The position numbers were made by a program, and so were the translations under genes. A stretch of 62,493 bases of DNA, filler included, from Choristocarpus tenellus KU-1152 (Eukaryota > Protista > Phaeophyceae), in the NCBI GenBank assembly GCA_964200185.2. It is 12 parts of 12 records of this genome, joined end to end, with 100 filler letters (N's around TTAATTAATTAA, not from the genome) between each part and the next. Parts side by side here need not be neighbours in the genome. Positions count along the whole stretch, not along the records: positions 36,224 to 41,986 come from CAXNAD020009809.1; positions 42,087 to 46,054 come from CAXNAD020016871.1; positions 46,155 to 49,912 come from CAXNAD020018104.1; positions 50,013 to 54,545 come from CAXNAD020014117.1; 8 more parts are not named here. One strand, 5' to 3'. Under the pieces are notes generated by a model, which saw nothing but the letters and a program-made list of their open reading frames with translations, did not search any database and was not told the origin of the DNA. The first letter of the stretch is position 1; each line of letters begins with the position of its first letter. Positions 39,013 through 50,224 of this stretch are shown here, piece by piece.

Positions 39013-40076
39013 ATGGCGACAACCCTGAATAAGCATATCATCCACAATGCCGCTTGGCATCTTATTGATGCTCGAGGACAGGCAAGGAATACGATTATAT
39101 TGGCAGTGTGCTTCAAGGATAGGAGAATCCAGTTCTCCATACTCTGCGTATACCTCTCATGTCCACACTCGTGAAACCTGTACATCTAGTATTGGCCCTT
39201 ACATGATTCTTTCATCCCTTTTTTAGGGATTATGTGCCAGAGCAGGGTCATTCTAACCTTCCTCACCCCTTGGACTAGATTGTGGGTCGACTTGCGGCGC
39301 AGATCGCTCCGATCTTGAGAGGTAAGCACAAGCCAACATTTTGCCCGAATGAAGACTGCGGGGACTACGTCGTCGTTGTAAATGCGAAGCACGTTGAGTT
39401 CAGTGGACGAAAGTGGACAGACAAGGTATGTAGGATATTCTTCACTTTGTTATTGGTCATCTTCATTTCGCCTTATATGCTGAGGAACTGGTCCATGACC
39501 CGCAGTTCCAGCCTGTATCAGTCGAGCATTGTGTGCAAAATCTTTCGCACAATGAGTGAATCGAGAAGAAAATATCACCCTGTCACCCATTACCATCACG
39601 GTGGGACCGACTGAATGAATGTTTTGGCATTCTCTACTTCCTGGTATCACAAACCTTCTCTTTTTCACCTGATACTACACAGTTTCCATCTCCCTTCCAA
39701 GCCTCAACTTCAACTTCCAATAACCTCTGCTTAGGACACCGTGGTAATTTGCTATCGTGTGCAGGAATTAACTGTGCAGGAGGCAGTGCACCCCACCACC
39801 TGTAAAGTTCAAGTGTGCCAAAATGTGCTTAAATTCAAGAACTTTTATTTGGCTTTCCTGAAGTTTTTTTTTGCTTGGCCAGCCCCCCCGAGAAACACTG
39901 TGACCTTGCTACTTGTCTCACTATTTGTCCACCCCTTGACCTGCAAGTGTAATAAGTCTGCACCACCGGTCCCTGTTCCCTTCACGCTGTCTCAGTTATA
40001 CCGGTGGCATACAGGATGGCCTGGCGGCCTCAGGGAACGCTCTGCTGCAGACCAGAGGCAGCGGAAACCTGAAGAG
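39013..40076 (+). CDS. MRPL13: Ribosomal protein uL13, bacterial-type, nucleus-encoded, probably mitochondrial; exons 39013-39081, 39279-39425, 39996-40076; C-terminal exon(s) not found in contig
   Basis: WHLIDARGQ|[49 protein letters not shown]|[19 protein letters not shown] are uL13 signature motifs. All introns are phase 0; an in-frame TAG at 38983 fixes the ATG. Confidence 0.94.
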
Positions 40077-41742
40077 GCAAGTGTACTCCAGAGATGCCTT
40101 TGCTAATGCCAAGGACGTGGTTTCCACTAGTGGGAGGTACTCGCAGTGATCTTTTCATTGATGACCGATGATACTATTATTCACAGTAGTGGTGTGGTTG
40201 TTTCTCTTTTAGTGAACATTTGGTTAGAGGGAGTAAGAGTTATATTCAAGTAGGAGTTAAGCATCCAAACTAAGGTGAGGAATGTGCTCACTGATACAGT
40301 GTGCAGTGATTGATATTGGAGTGGGAATGGGGTGTTGAAACAACTGGAAGGAGATGGTAGCGATTGTGTCAGCCAGTCAACCTCTCCAGTAGGGGGGAAG
40401 GAGAAACTGGAAATGCTGCCTTAACACTATCGATTGCGGTTGGAAATGACTAAATCTTGGAAATGAAAGAGACCCTGTCAAATCAGAGTGAGACCATTGG
40501 GGTGCTAGGTTTGAACTGCACAAATTCCTCGAGTGCAACAAACGATCAAATTGAATGGTCGATTTTGTACTCACCGAGCATCCTAGCCCTGCAACATATT
40601 TCAATCTAATTCACTTTGGAGTTTTTGAAAAGTGGTGATATGTTCCTCAAGTTCGCAAACGTGGCGATCGATGTGGCATCTGCAATGTGAACTACTGCAG
40701 GATTGACAACGCTTTGAGACATGAAATCATGTCATTGTTACTGAGTTACTACTGGTAGGAAATAGATGAAAAGATAATCAGGGACTGACTGTAGTTAATG
40801 CACAGGATAGAGTGAGTGTGCGGGTACGTAAGGGAAGAGGACCACTATGAAGGATAACCATCAAGAGATCCATACCTGAGGACTGTTACAACAAATGATT
40901 GGGGAGTACATGAAGTAGTTGTGGTAGGTCCCCCGAGCAAGTATGCCTATGAAAAGTCGAAGTGGACATTGCATTACCCTCAGGATCCTCAGAGTAGATA
41001 GTTTAAGCCTTGATTTGGCCCCTTGATGATGCAGGTTGGAGGTAGAGCCAAAGGTGTCCCATTCCCCCCCCCCCCTCCCCATGAATCTGTGGTATGATGA
41101 TTCCATTTGTTGAGAGAAAACATGCTTGTTGAGCACACCATTGCAGGTGTTGCTCCGGCACCCACAACACAGAAGCTATGAACAGAATGATAGCATAAAG
41201 TGGTATTGTGTCAAGCAATTGTGGTACACACCAATGTCATACGCCATGACGAATGCGATGTGCATGATGCAAGTGCACGTTGGTTGAGTCGCTGCGGGGC
41301 ATGCAATCCAGCTTGTTGTATGTATGCTCTTGAGGAAGGTGTAGAAAGGTTCACCAGGCAAAGAAAGTCATGTTGTTGCACTCGATAGAGAGGTGCTTTC
41401 TCTTTGCAGAAACTGGATGGGATGGAGCAAATGGCAAGGTAGTACTTGATTGGGATGCCCGGAGGGATCAATCTATGCATAGTACCATGGTAGCTGTGAA
41501 TGGTGTGTGTGCCTGAGTACAGCCGGGGGGCATCCATGCTCTTAGGCTGAAGACTGACCTTTTCAATAGATAGCCTTGCCTGCATGTTGGGTACTCCAAT
41601 CTTGGTTCTATTACTGCTATTGACATGCCAGCATATTTCAATGAAAGTGAGTTCGTAATTGGAGAAGATTTTTCGAGAAGAGCAGAGTGATGAATTGAAG
41701 ACCCCATTGTGCTGCCAATTTATCACGGATGGTACAGCACAC

Positions 41743-41790
<48 letters not shown>

Positions 41791-43499
41791 GCCAGTTGAA
41801 GCGAACTTAGTTCGCCTGCGCCTGTACATTTTTTTTTTGCGCAATCAGAGAATGTGCGATTCCATCATATCACACTTCAAAATGTGTAGTGTTACCCACG
41901 AGGTGTGTGTGTGTGGGGGGGGGGGAGGGGGGGTTCGTCGCAGCTATTTTTTTTTAGAAGGCTTTGTTTTAGAATATATCAGTGTTNNNNNNNNNNNNNN
42001 NNNNNNNNNNNNNNNNNNNNNNNNNNNNNNTTAATTAATTAANNNNNNNNNNNNNNNNNNNNNNNNNNNNNNNNNNNNNNNNNNNNGAAAAAGTAAAAAA
42101 CCTTTTTTCCTTTTTTCCGCCCACAAGGGCCCCCCGGGGGCGACCCCCCCCCCCCCCCCCCCAGATACTTTTGGTCGAAACACTTGTCAGGATAGGGGAA
42201 GAAGGTAGCCAGGACTGATGTTGGAATGTGGTAGTTCTAAAGATAAAGGAAAAAAAGGGTCGTCAATATATTACAGAGTTATGACCAGGAGGGAAGAATG
42301 CGTTTGCAGATGAAATATCTAGGTGGTACGAGGATTCTACTCAGACTAACTCTAACTATTCTGATCCATGGGTTAGACGAACAGAGTAATCTGTGGGTAA
42401 GGAAGGGAGGATACAAGAGTTGGGCGAGCTGCAGGCAACGAGTATGCCCAAGAATTGGCTACACCTTCTTATGATAAGCACTAGAAGATGGGGGAATGAT
42501 AAGTACATGTAAGAATTGAAGTGTGTGACTTGACCACAGGAGTCGGAGTTGGAGGGGAACACAGGCATATATCATACGTGCTCTGTCTCGGAGTAAGGAC
42601 AACCGAGTTGGTTCACTAGGGGGTAAGATATAAATATTCCATTATTGCACAAACTCTCCTAACCACGAAAAAATTCCATCTCCTTCCCTCCAAGAGGACT
42701 TGGGAGTGTAGTGGTAAGATGAATTCTTAAAAACTTGAGTATTTGACTTGAATTCCAGGCTGGAGTTAGAAAGGAAGGCAGGGGTAGAGTGTACGTGACT
42801 TTGGTTGGAGAGTGAGGGCAATCGAGCCGTTAAAGAGGGGGATAGGGATATATTGAACTTCCTATACTTCCACAAACATACTCCTGACCTTCCAACTGCC
42901 CACATAACACTTCCAATTGTTTCTCCTGTGTCAAAACGAAGAGGCAGAGATCATGTGAAGAGGTGAGGAATTGGCCACGGACTGAAAGACCACATGACTG
43001 GGAACACAGATAGGACCACATGAGGTGGAGATGACCATGAAGAACAAGGTGACATTCATATTTGGGAGAATAGTAAGACAAACCAGGTTAAAACCAGGGA
43101 AGTATAGCTTACCCTAAAGCAGAATGGAACAAGCAACGAGGATGGTAACTATGGGGATATACCTGGGTCAGTTGGACAGAGAGAGGGGAGATGGAAGTTA
43201 ATTGCCTTTCACGGTGTACGTGAGGGTTATCCAGTGGGACGGAGTGTGGGCAGCAAGGAGTTTAGCAGAGGATAGAAGAGTCCGGAAGCAAACTGGGACA
43301 AGAGGTAGCGCCTAGGAACAAGATACAACACCGACTCAGTGGGGAGGTCAAGCTGAGGTGGGTTAGGATATCGTCAAGATAATGGTTATGGTATGGGTGT
43401 GGATGAAGATGGAGTGTTCTTGAGGAATGCGGAGTAGTGTGGAAGGATATGGAGTATTGTGAAGGAATGTGGGGTGTCATGGGTGGAAGTGTAGCGTTT

Positions 43500-43780
43500 T
43501 GGGAGATTGGTGTGGCAGTGTATTTGCGGAAAATGACCCACTGGTTGATCACTGGATTAATTGGTGACTGGAAACCAGTGATGAATATTGGTTGCATTGG
43601 TCACCATTGAATACCAATGAGGAAGAATGGTCTCATTGGTTGGTCGTTGGATACCTGTGGGGGAGATTGGGTGATGGGATATATCAATAGTGGAAATTGA
43701 CACTATTTAATGACTGGATTGTTTGGTGACTGGAAACCAGTGGTGGAAATTGGTTCTTTGGCTGGTCACTGCATTCCAAC
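43500..43780. repeat. Diverged ~160-bp tandem duplication
   Basis: actggatt..ttggtgactggaaaccagtg.tg.a.attggtt at ~43551 and ~43713; gggagattgg at 43501 and 43661. Confidence 0.75.
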
Positions 43781-44739
43781 ATCAGATATTTGGCGGATTG
43801 GTTGGTGTTAGTGGACGGCAAGTGGCCGCAGAGTCGGTGGAGGAAGAAGAATGATGTGGTAGTGGCGGTGTGATGGATGTTGGTTGAGGAGGAGTGGAGT
43901 CGACGTAAGGGTTAGACAGGGCCAACGAATTAATCCAGAATTCCTTACCAAACCAAACCAACCAACTGTAATGATGTGGGAAAAAACTATAAATAGTTGA
44001 TGCTTTTTGTGCTCCGTATTTCCGGTCCCTTACAATATTCGTTGTGGTTGTCAAATTTGAAGTCTGGGGATCGTGGGGTTCAAACCCCAGAATCTTATTT
44101 ATCCATTGTACTAACCTACACTCACTCTACACAACGTTTTTGGGACCTCTTTTTTTTTCACACCGTCCAACTAATCTGAAGTTCAGGCAACCAATAATAA
44201 GAATAGTTCAAAGAATAATATTCATAATCTTCATTTCACAAAAATATTTCACCACAACATAACAAAAACATAACCAAAATATTCTATAAAATATCTTAAA
44301 GAAACAAGGAATCCGTAGAGGTTCTGACTAAAACTGACCATGACAACCATTCTATGAAGAGGTGGACCAGGAGTCCATCCCAATTCTCACCAAAAGTACT
44401 CCAACAAAGAATGATCAGCGAATTAAGATCACCACTACACCTAAAACTACTGCTGCTACTACTACTACTTTCAACAATAACTCTTGGCCACAGATGTGTC
44501 GCTGGAGGTGTCCTCGGACTCGGAGACTAGGTAAAATGTTGGTGAAACTCTCAATCCGAGATGTACCACTACAGATGTTCCTCGGACTCGGCAAACGGGA
44601 AGGGTCAATATGAGTCTCCACTAGAGATGATGGAGATGTCGTTCGGATCTTCTCTCGTGACATACTTTATTTGTTATTTATGGCCTTTGCGTGATATAAT
44701 GATATGTAGAATGTGTATTGGCTTTTCTTAGGATTACCT

Positions 44740-45600
44740 TATGGTCCACAGGTAGGCCTGGGATCCCTCAGACTAATATCCCCCATAGTACTGTGAAGCT
44801 CTTGATCAACGCCCACACCATAAACCTCACTACTCCACAACAAGGATAGAAGTGACGGAAGTACTCTTGGCGATGGGAAATGGGAAGGATATAGGTTTTG
44901 ACAATCTTGCTCCTATTTAGAGGAGGGCGTAGCTGTGTGGAACAAGGAAGTCATGTTACAGACCTGGAAATATGCGGTCATCATCACTGTGTTCGACAAG
45001 AAGAAGGACTGCACTACTGATCGTGGCAACTACACAGGGGCATCTAGCATTGGTGGTACATGCGGATAAAGTCCCTCTGACAGTTGTTGGACCTTGGTTG
45101 GGGAATTACCTGGAACAAGAGAACGATCGTGATGTCCTGTGGGTTGTTCTGACAAATTTGGCATACCTTCAAAACGTGATCTCTGTAATCCATTATTCCC
45201 ATGATGGTATGAGGGGATGTGCCTGTATGGGATGATGGCGAATGCACAGACTGGTTTCGAGGTTGGAAAGGGCCTTCGACAGGAGTGCACTCTTGGTCTG
45301 ATCCTCAACATCTTTACTAATATGTAGTGATAAGTGAGGTAATTAAGGAGTTCACCTCTGACATGGCCATCTTATAGGAGGACTTTGATACCATAAATAG
45401 AGTGGTAATAAACAACCAGGAGTGAGTGGGACAACACTTGATTCTCACGATCTGTGTGGGGCATGCTTTACACTGATGATGCGAGCATTGCCTCCAAGAC
45501 CCAAGGAGGTTGACATGCTTTATACTGATGATGCGAGCATTGCCTCCAAGACCCAAAGGATGTTTGACTAGGAAGATGATGGTGTTTGAACAAATGGATC
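44740..45600 (+). mobile_element. Degenerate non-LTR retrotransposon (RTE-like LINE) reverse transcriptase fragment
   Basis: AVWNKEV..WKYAVI..KKKD..GNY.G..LVVHADKV; DRDVLWVVL; HDGMR; GLRQECTL; GMLYTDDASIAS (YADD-equivalent), across frameshifts. Confidence 0.85.
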
Positions 45601-46416
45601 AATTGGTCTGAATTATTGATACTAAAAAAGAGACCATATCTCTTTATTACTATATCCATCTGTGACAATATTGCCATTGCTGCTGATATCAGTTGGAGGG
45701 GTCAGAAACCTTCAAGTTGTTATCGCCAATATAACAAACTAAATTAGTTGCAGGTCCTCAGTTGAGTCAATCAAGATTCGAGTTCTCGAACCTGGAAGTT
45801 CTGATATATCTTTGGGTATGTATTTGTAATGATGTAATACTATTAATATATTTGATAATATATCAGAGCGAAAAGGCTCGAAACTAGGGTACATTGTCGT
45901 ACATTTAAAAACAATTTTGAAATTTGAACGTTGCACTTGAAAATCAGAATTTGTTCTATAGTATAGTGATACCATATATATTATAATATTATTATGCCCT
46001 CTGACATTTTGCAGATGTGTCAGGGGGAAACCAATGAAAACTATATATACATACNNNNNNNNNNNNNNNNNNNNNNNNNNNNNNNNNNNNNNNNNNNNTT
46101 AATTAATTAANNNNNNNNNNNNNNNNNNNNNNNNNNNNNNNNNNNNNNNNNNNNAACAACCATCCTCGTAGTCCCGCTCCATCCCCAATTTTGAAAATCC
46201 TCTGTTAAATGGACAGCCACCACCCCCCCCAGGTACTTTGAACCTGTGCTACACCGTTCCCTTCCTGTACCTTTTGAGACAAGGCAATAATCAGATTATA
46301 CTTAGCACCTTAGGGAAGCTCTACTTAGTTAGGAAGAGTAAAAATTTACTCAGATTGGGCTGGATGTAGATAGATTTCTCCAGTATACAAGGATATACGT
46401 TTTGGACATGCCTGGA

Positions 46417-46596
46417 GGTTCAAAGTATCTGGGGGGGGGGGGTGGCGGCTATCCATTTGGATTCAATTTTTTCACATCGCGATTTTTGGGTGATTTGGTT
46501 GGATACGCCTGATGGATAATGTAAATTCACTTTTCTTGATTTTGACCCAAATGGACACCCTGATGTAGACCCCCCCCCCCACAGATACGTTGGGTC
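46417..46596 (+). mobile_element. MITE family A, full copy
   Basis: ggttcaaagtatct-polyG...polyC-acagatacgttgggtc. No TSD; it sits between repeat F and a copia remnant. Confidence 0.88.
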
Positions 46597-47067
46597 TCAA
46601 CACAGTGTCTATGAAGTCTTGTACCTGCTTCTTTAGATGTACCAAGACAGCGATGTACAATCATGTCCCATGATGATCCCTCGCTTAGTGGATGGGTCAA
46701 AATTTGAACCAGCTCCCCTCTGCTCCGTTTCTCTGGTTGGACGTAGCACTCACTCCCCCAGGCTTGAAGCCTATCATAATTGAATATATTGAACATCCTC
46801 TTGTTGAGTGAAGTCCTGTGCCACCAACCTAGCCTTCAAATGTTGAATTGTCCCCTCAGCTGTTGGCTTTATTTTTAATTCAGAGTTAGTCTTGACAGGA
46901 TTTCTTCCCCATGTCAAAACCTCTCCCTCTATGAATGTTCCGTTCATCCATTGTTGCTCCATCTTCTCCATTGCCGCTTACCATTCTCGCGTGTCAGGCC
47001 CCGTGATTGCCTCTGATATAGAAGATGGTTCTTGATGGTCTGGAATAGATATTATTTCCTCCCCAGA

Positions 47068-47248
47068 GGCTCAAAGTATCTGGGGGGGGGGGGGGTGGCT
47101 GTCCATTCGGAGTTATTTTTTTCATGTCACGATTTTGGGCGATTTGGTGGCATACTTCGGATGGATAATTGTAAATGCACTTTTCCTGATTTGGGGTTAA
47201 ATGGACACCTTGGTATAGACCATCCCCACCCCCCAGATACTTTGGGTC
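47068..47248 (+). mobile_element. MITE family A, full copy nested in copia
   Basis: ggctcaaagtatct-polyG...ccccagatactttgggtc; flanks caga/agac share AGA. Confidence 0.92.
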
Positions 47249-47817
47249 AGACTTACAAGTCTTTTGCGGGCAGCCCTTTGCTGACAACCTTCCTCTGGTT
47301 TTCTTTTCTGGCTCCAACCGTGGTCCAGCTAATTCCTCCGCCTGTTGAGACAGTGACGCTCTCATCTGGCGACAAACGATCTGAAGGTGTCCCTTACCTC
47401 CACAGTTGTAGCATATTCCTTCCAAAGAACAAGGACCAATATGCTTGATCAGTCCACAGTTTAAACATCTTCTGTTGGTCTTGATCTCGTCTCTGGTAGG
47501 GAATCCTGCCGTACCATGGTCCGTACGTTGACCAGTTGTACCTTGGCCACCTCCTCCGCTGACCTTCTGTGTTCTCTTCCACGACTTTATGGTCCCAGCG
47601 GCTAGAGTGCTCCCAGGCTCCCCGCGGTTAGCTCCCCCTTTCCCTTCTGGTGGAGGCTTAGTTACTGCTCTGCTAATGTCCTGCTCCCCTAGTGGCAGGT
47701 GCAGCAATTGCTTTTCTCATTCCGTAAGCAAGAATCTTGGAGTCTCCAATCGATGGGCATGCCCCCTCAGGGACAAGTGTTGTGATGACTTCTCCACGTC
47801 CATAGCCAGATTCTTGT

Positions 47818-47873
<56 letters not shown>
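47818..47873. repeat. (GGCTCA)9 hexamer repeat inside the gag region
   Basis: Direct reading. Confidence 0.95.
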
Positions 47874-48487
47874 GTTGCAGCTCCAGCTGCATTGCCTCGA
47901 TAATCTCTGTCATCTTGTCACAGGATCCCAGTGCTCAATATTTGGCATGGCATACACCAGGTACCCAAAGTATCCCCCTTTACCTCCAGTTCTTGCTCAT
48001 TATCGATCGTACCATATCCCATGTCTCCTTAGCCTCCAGCTTGTGTTTTCCGATTTTGGCTCCTTGAGCTCCTCGAATTCTGCGAGTAGTCGCTATAGAT
48101 TAACAACGAAATCAGTGCTGTTCTGAGACGCCGTGCACTGTAGTTCTCGGGGTTTCACCTCCAAAGTGATGACTTATACAGGGATCTCGTCCTCTGCGCG
48201 TCCTCCGTAGAGCTGCACGGGGATCTCGTCCTCCCCGCATCCTTCATTGATTACTCTTTCGTAGTTCCAGTGCAATGTTCGTTCCTGTTCCGTTAGTGTC
48301 TCCATGAGCTCAGGACGACGAATTTTTGCTGCAGAGCGTCTAACAGACTATTTCGCCGGCATAAACCACCAGAGATAATCTCCATGTTGTCCAAGTCTCC
48401 ACTGGTCGTGATAGTGGTCCAGTCCAGTTGGGCAACTTCTTCATGTCGTTGAGGCCCATCACCTGTTCCTTTTCTCCGTACTGCTAA

Positions 48488-48498
48488 GGCTCACAACC
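48488..48498 (-). promoter_or_regulatory. Copia primer-binding site (half-tRNA-iMet type)
   Basis: Minus strand reads ..ttgcaCA-GGTTGTGAGCC directly after the LTR, resembling the GGTTATG(G/A)GCCC PBS of Drosophila copia-type elements. Confidence 0.7.
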
Positions 48499-48665
48499 TG
48501 TGCAATTTACCTTGGGAGGTAATGCTATTTATCAGTAGTGAAGACAAGAAGGTGTGGAGCCATACACGACCCCTTTGCTGAACGTGAAAGAACCGATGGA
48601 ATTACAATAGTGACCATTGTGTGCTGTCTTCTCGTTGCTTGTTTTATTATTATTTGTCTAATACA
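48499..48665 (-). repeat. 5' LTR, 167 bp
   Basis: TG..CA termini; boundaries defined by homology to 9678-9853 and by the adjacent PBS. Confidence 0.82.
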
Positions 48666-48749
48666 TAAGTCAGGTTATGTCAAGTAGTTGAATGCAGAAT
48701 AAAAGGTCATAAATATTCCCATTCATATTCCGGAGGTACTATCTCATTA

Positions 48750-49654
48750 CAGTGGGTTACCCTATTTTGGGCCAAATATTATGAACCAAATCGAAAAAAT
48801 ATGCGTTTTTGTACCGCTTTTTTTCGACATGCTCAAAAATAGGATTTTGTACCGGAATTATCGTATTCGGGCGATTTGGCACAAAATCCCAGATAAATTC
48901 ACGCGATTTTGGCGCGCGCGAAAACAAATCTCGCGGAAAGTGCCCTTCTTCCTGGTTCATGCTACCATACAGCAGTACAGTACGTTGCTGGTAGGGGAAT
49001 AAAGTGGAAGCCATGCCTTGTGCAGCGGGAAACCTCTTCAAGATGCCTTCAAATACACCGGGTCTGCCTTTCTACACAATCTACAAGTGCCGTAAGTGCG
49101 GTGGGTACCTCCTTGGTATATGTGGTGTAAGGGATCCTGAACTCGACGATGACTGCAAACGTTCGTGTGAGGGGCAGTGCTTGGCACTGCAGCAAGTCGC
49201 GGGCGCTGACGGCAAGGGCGCATTGTTATCAGCTTCATCGCTCGGCTCGCTGAACGGTAGCTCCTCTGGTGCTGCAGCTGGCAGCCGTGGGCAGAAATCT
49301 AGTGCCCCTTACAGGAGGGGCCATGGAACAAAGCGGTCCAACTTGACGTTGAATACGAAGTCAGAAGTGCTTGACCACCTCAAGAACAAGAAGCTCAAAG
49401 TCGCTTTTGTCGCAGAAAAATTCAACATTGCTGAAAGGACGGTGAGGAAAATCCGGGCTGAAGAAGAGAAAATCATGGAGCAACTCCATTCGAGACCGGG
49501 GGCAGGGAAAGCAAAGTCTCTCAAAGGGCCCAAGTTTCCCGAGGTGCATCTGCAGTACTTTTGTATCATGCGGTTTTTTAGTGGTGCGACTGTGATCTTT
49601 AAGTTTTTCGTCGTGATGTTGAATCGATGTATAGAGCGAACTGCTCTTTTCTAA
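48750..49654 (+). mobile_element. pogo/Tigger-like DNA transposon 5' part; first coding exon ~49013-49543 (Cys-rich domain plus CENP-B N-terminal HTH)
   Basis: TA-CAGTGG left end. KRSNLTLNTKSEVLDHL..VAEKFNIAERTVRKIRAEEEKI..KSLKGPKFPE is an HTH-psq/CENP-B_N pattern; probable donor GAG|GTGCAT at 49543/4. Confidence 0.78.
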
Positions 49655-49683
49655 TCTGCGTTCCGTGAAGAACAGTGTCAAAT

Positions 49684-49912
49684 GAGAGTATCTCAGAGGG
49701 TACGAGTTTTGCCCTGTTTGTCCATTTTGGGCTTGGCTTCCCTCGAGGTGTTTATGATGTTTTACCTACTCCAAAAGATTTTGGAGTTGGTAATATGAAT
49801 ACGTCATGAAAAGGTGTGTCCAGAACAAGGATATTGACACTTCCTAACATACACGATAGCCAAAATTTCATCGAAATCGCGACATTGGATTTTGGCCCCC
49901 AAATGGACGCGG
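49684..49912 (+). mobile_element. MITE family B, inserted in the pogo element, cut by contig end
   Basis: agtatctcagagggtacgagttttgccctgtttgtcc..ccccaaatggacgcgg. Confidence 0.88.
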
Positions 49913-50047
49913 NNNNNNNNNNNNNNNNNNNNNNNNNNNNNNNNNNNNNNNNNNNNTTAATTAATTAANNNNNNNNNNNNNNNNNNNNNNNNNNNNNNNN
50001 NNNNNNNNNNNNCAAACAGGGGTGTTGTAGAAAGATGAGGAGCTGCA

Positions 50048-50224
50048 GGCTGAAAGTATCTGGGGGGGGGTTGCGGCTGTCCATTTGGGGTCAATTTTCT
50101 TCATGTCGCGATTTTTTGGTGATTCAGTTGCATACGCCTAATGGATCATGTAAATGCACGTTTCCTGATTTTGGTCCAAATGGACACCCTGGCCTAGACC
50201 CCCCCCCCCCAGATACTTTGGGTC
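50048..50224 (+). mobile_element. MITE family A, full copy, TSD TGCA
   Basis: tgca|ggctgaaagtatct..agatactttgggtc|tgca. Confidence 0.93.

Larger units (their letters stand above)
46600..48665 (-). mobile_element. Deleted/rearranged Ty1/copia element: 5' LTR, PBS, gag with zinc knuckles, RT and SH3-like fragments
   Basis: CLNCGLIKHIGPC and CYNCGGKGHLQIVC; IQHLKARLVAQDFTQ; FNYDRLQAWGSECYV..GIIMGHD. LTR and PBS listed separately. Confidence 0.85.

Noticed and set aside
47816-48067. Poly-AQ and poly-LR ORFs
   Set aside because: By-products of the (GGCTCA)9 repeat inside a decayed gag.
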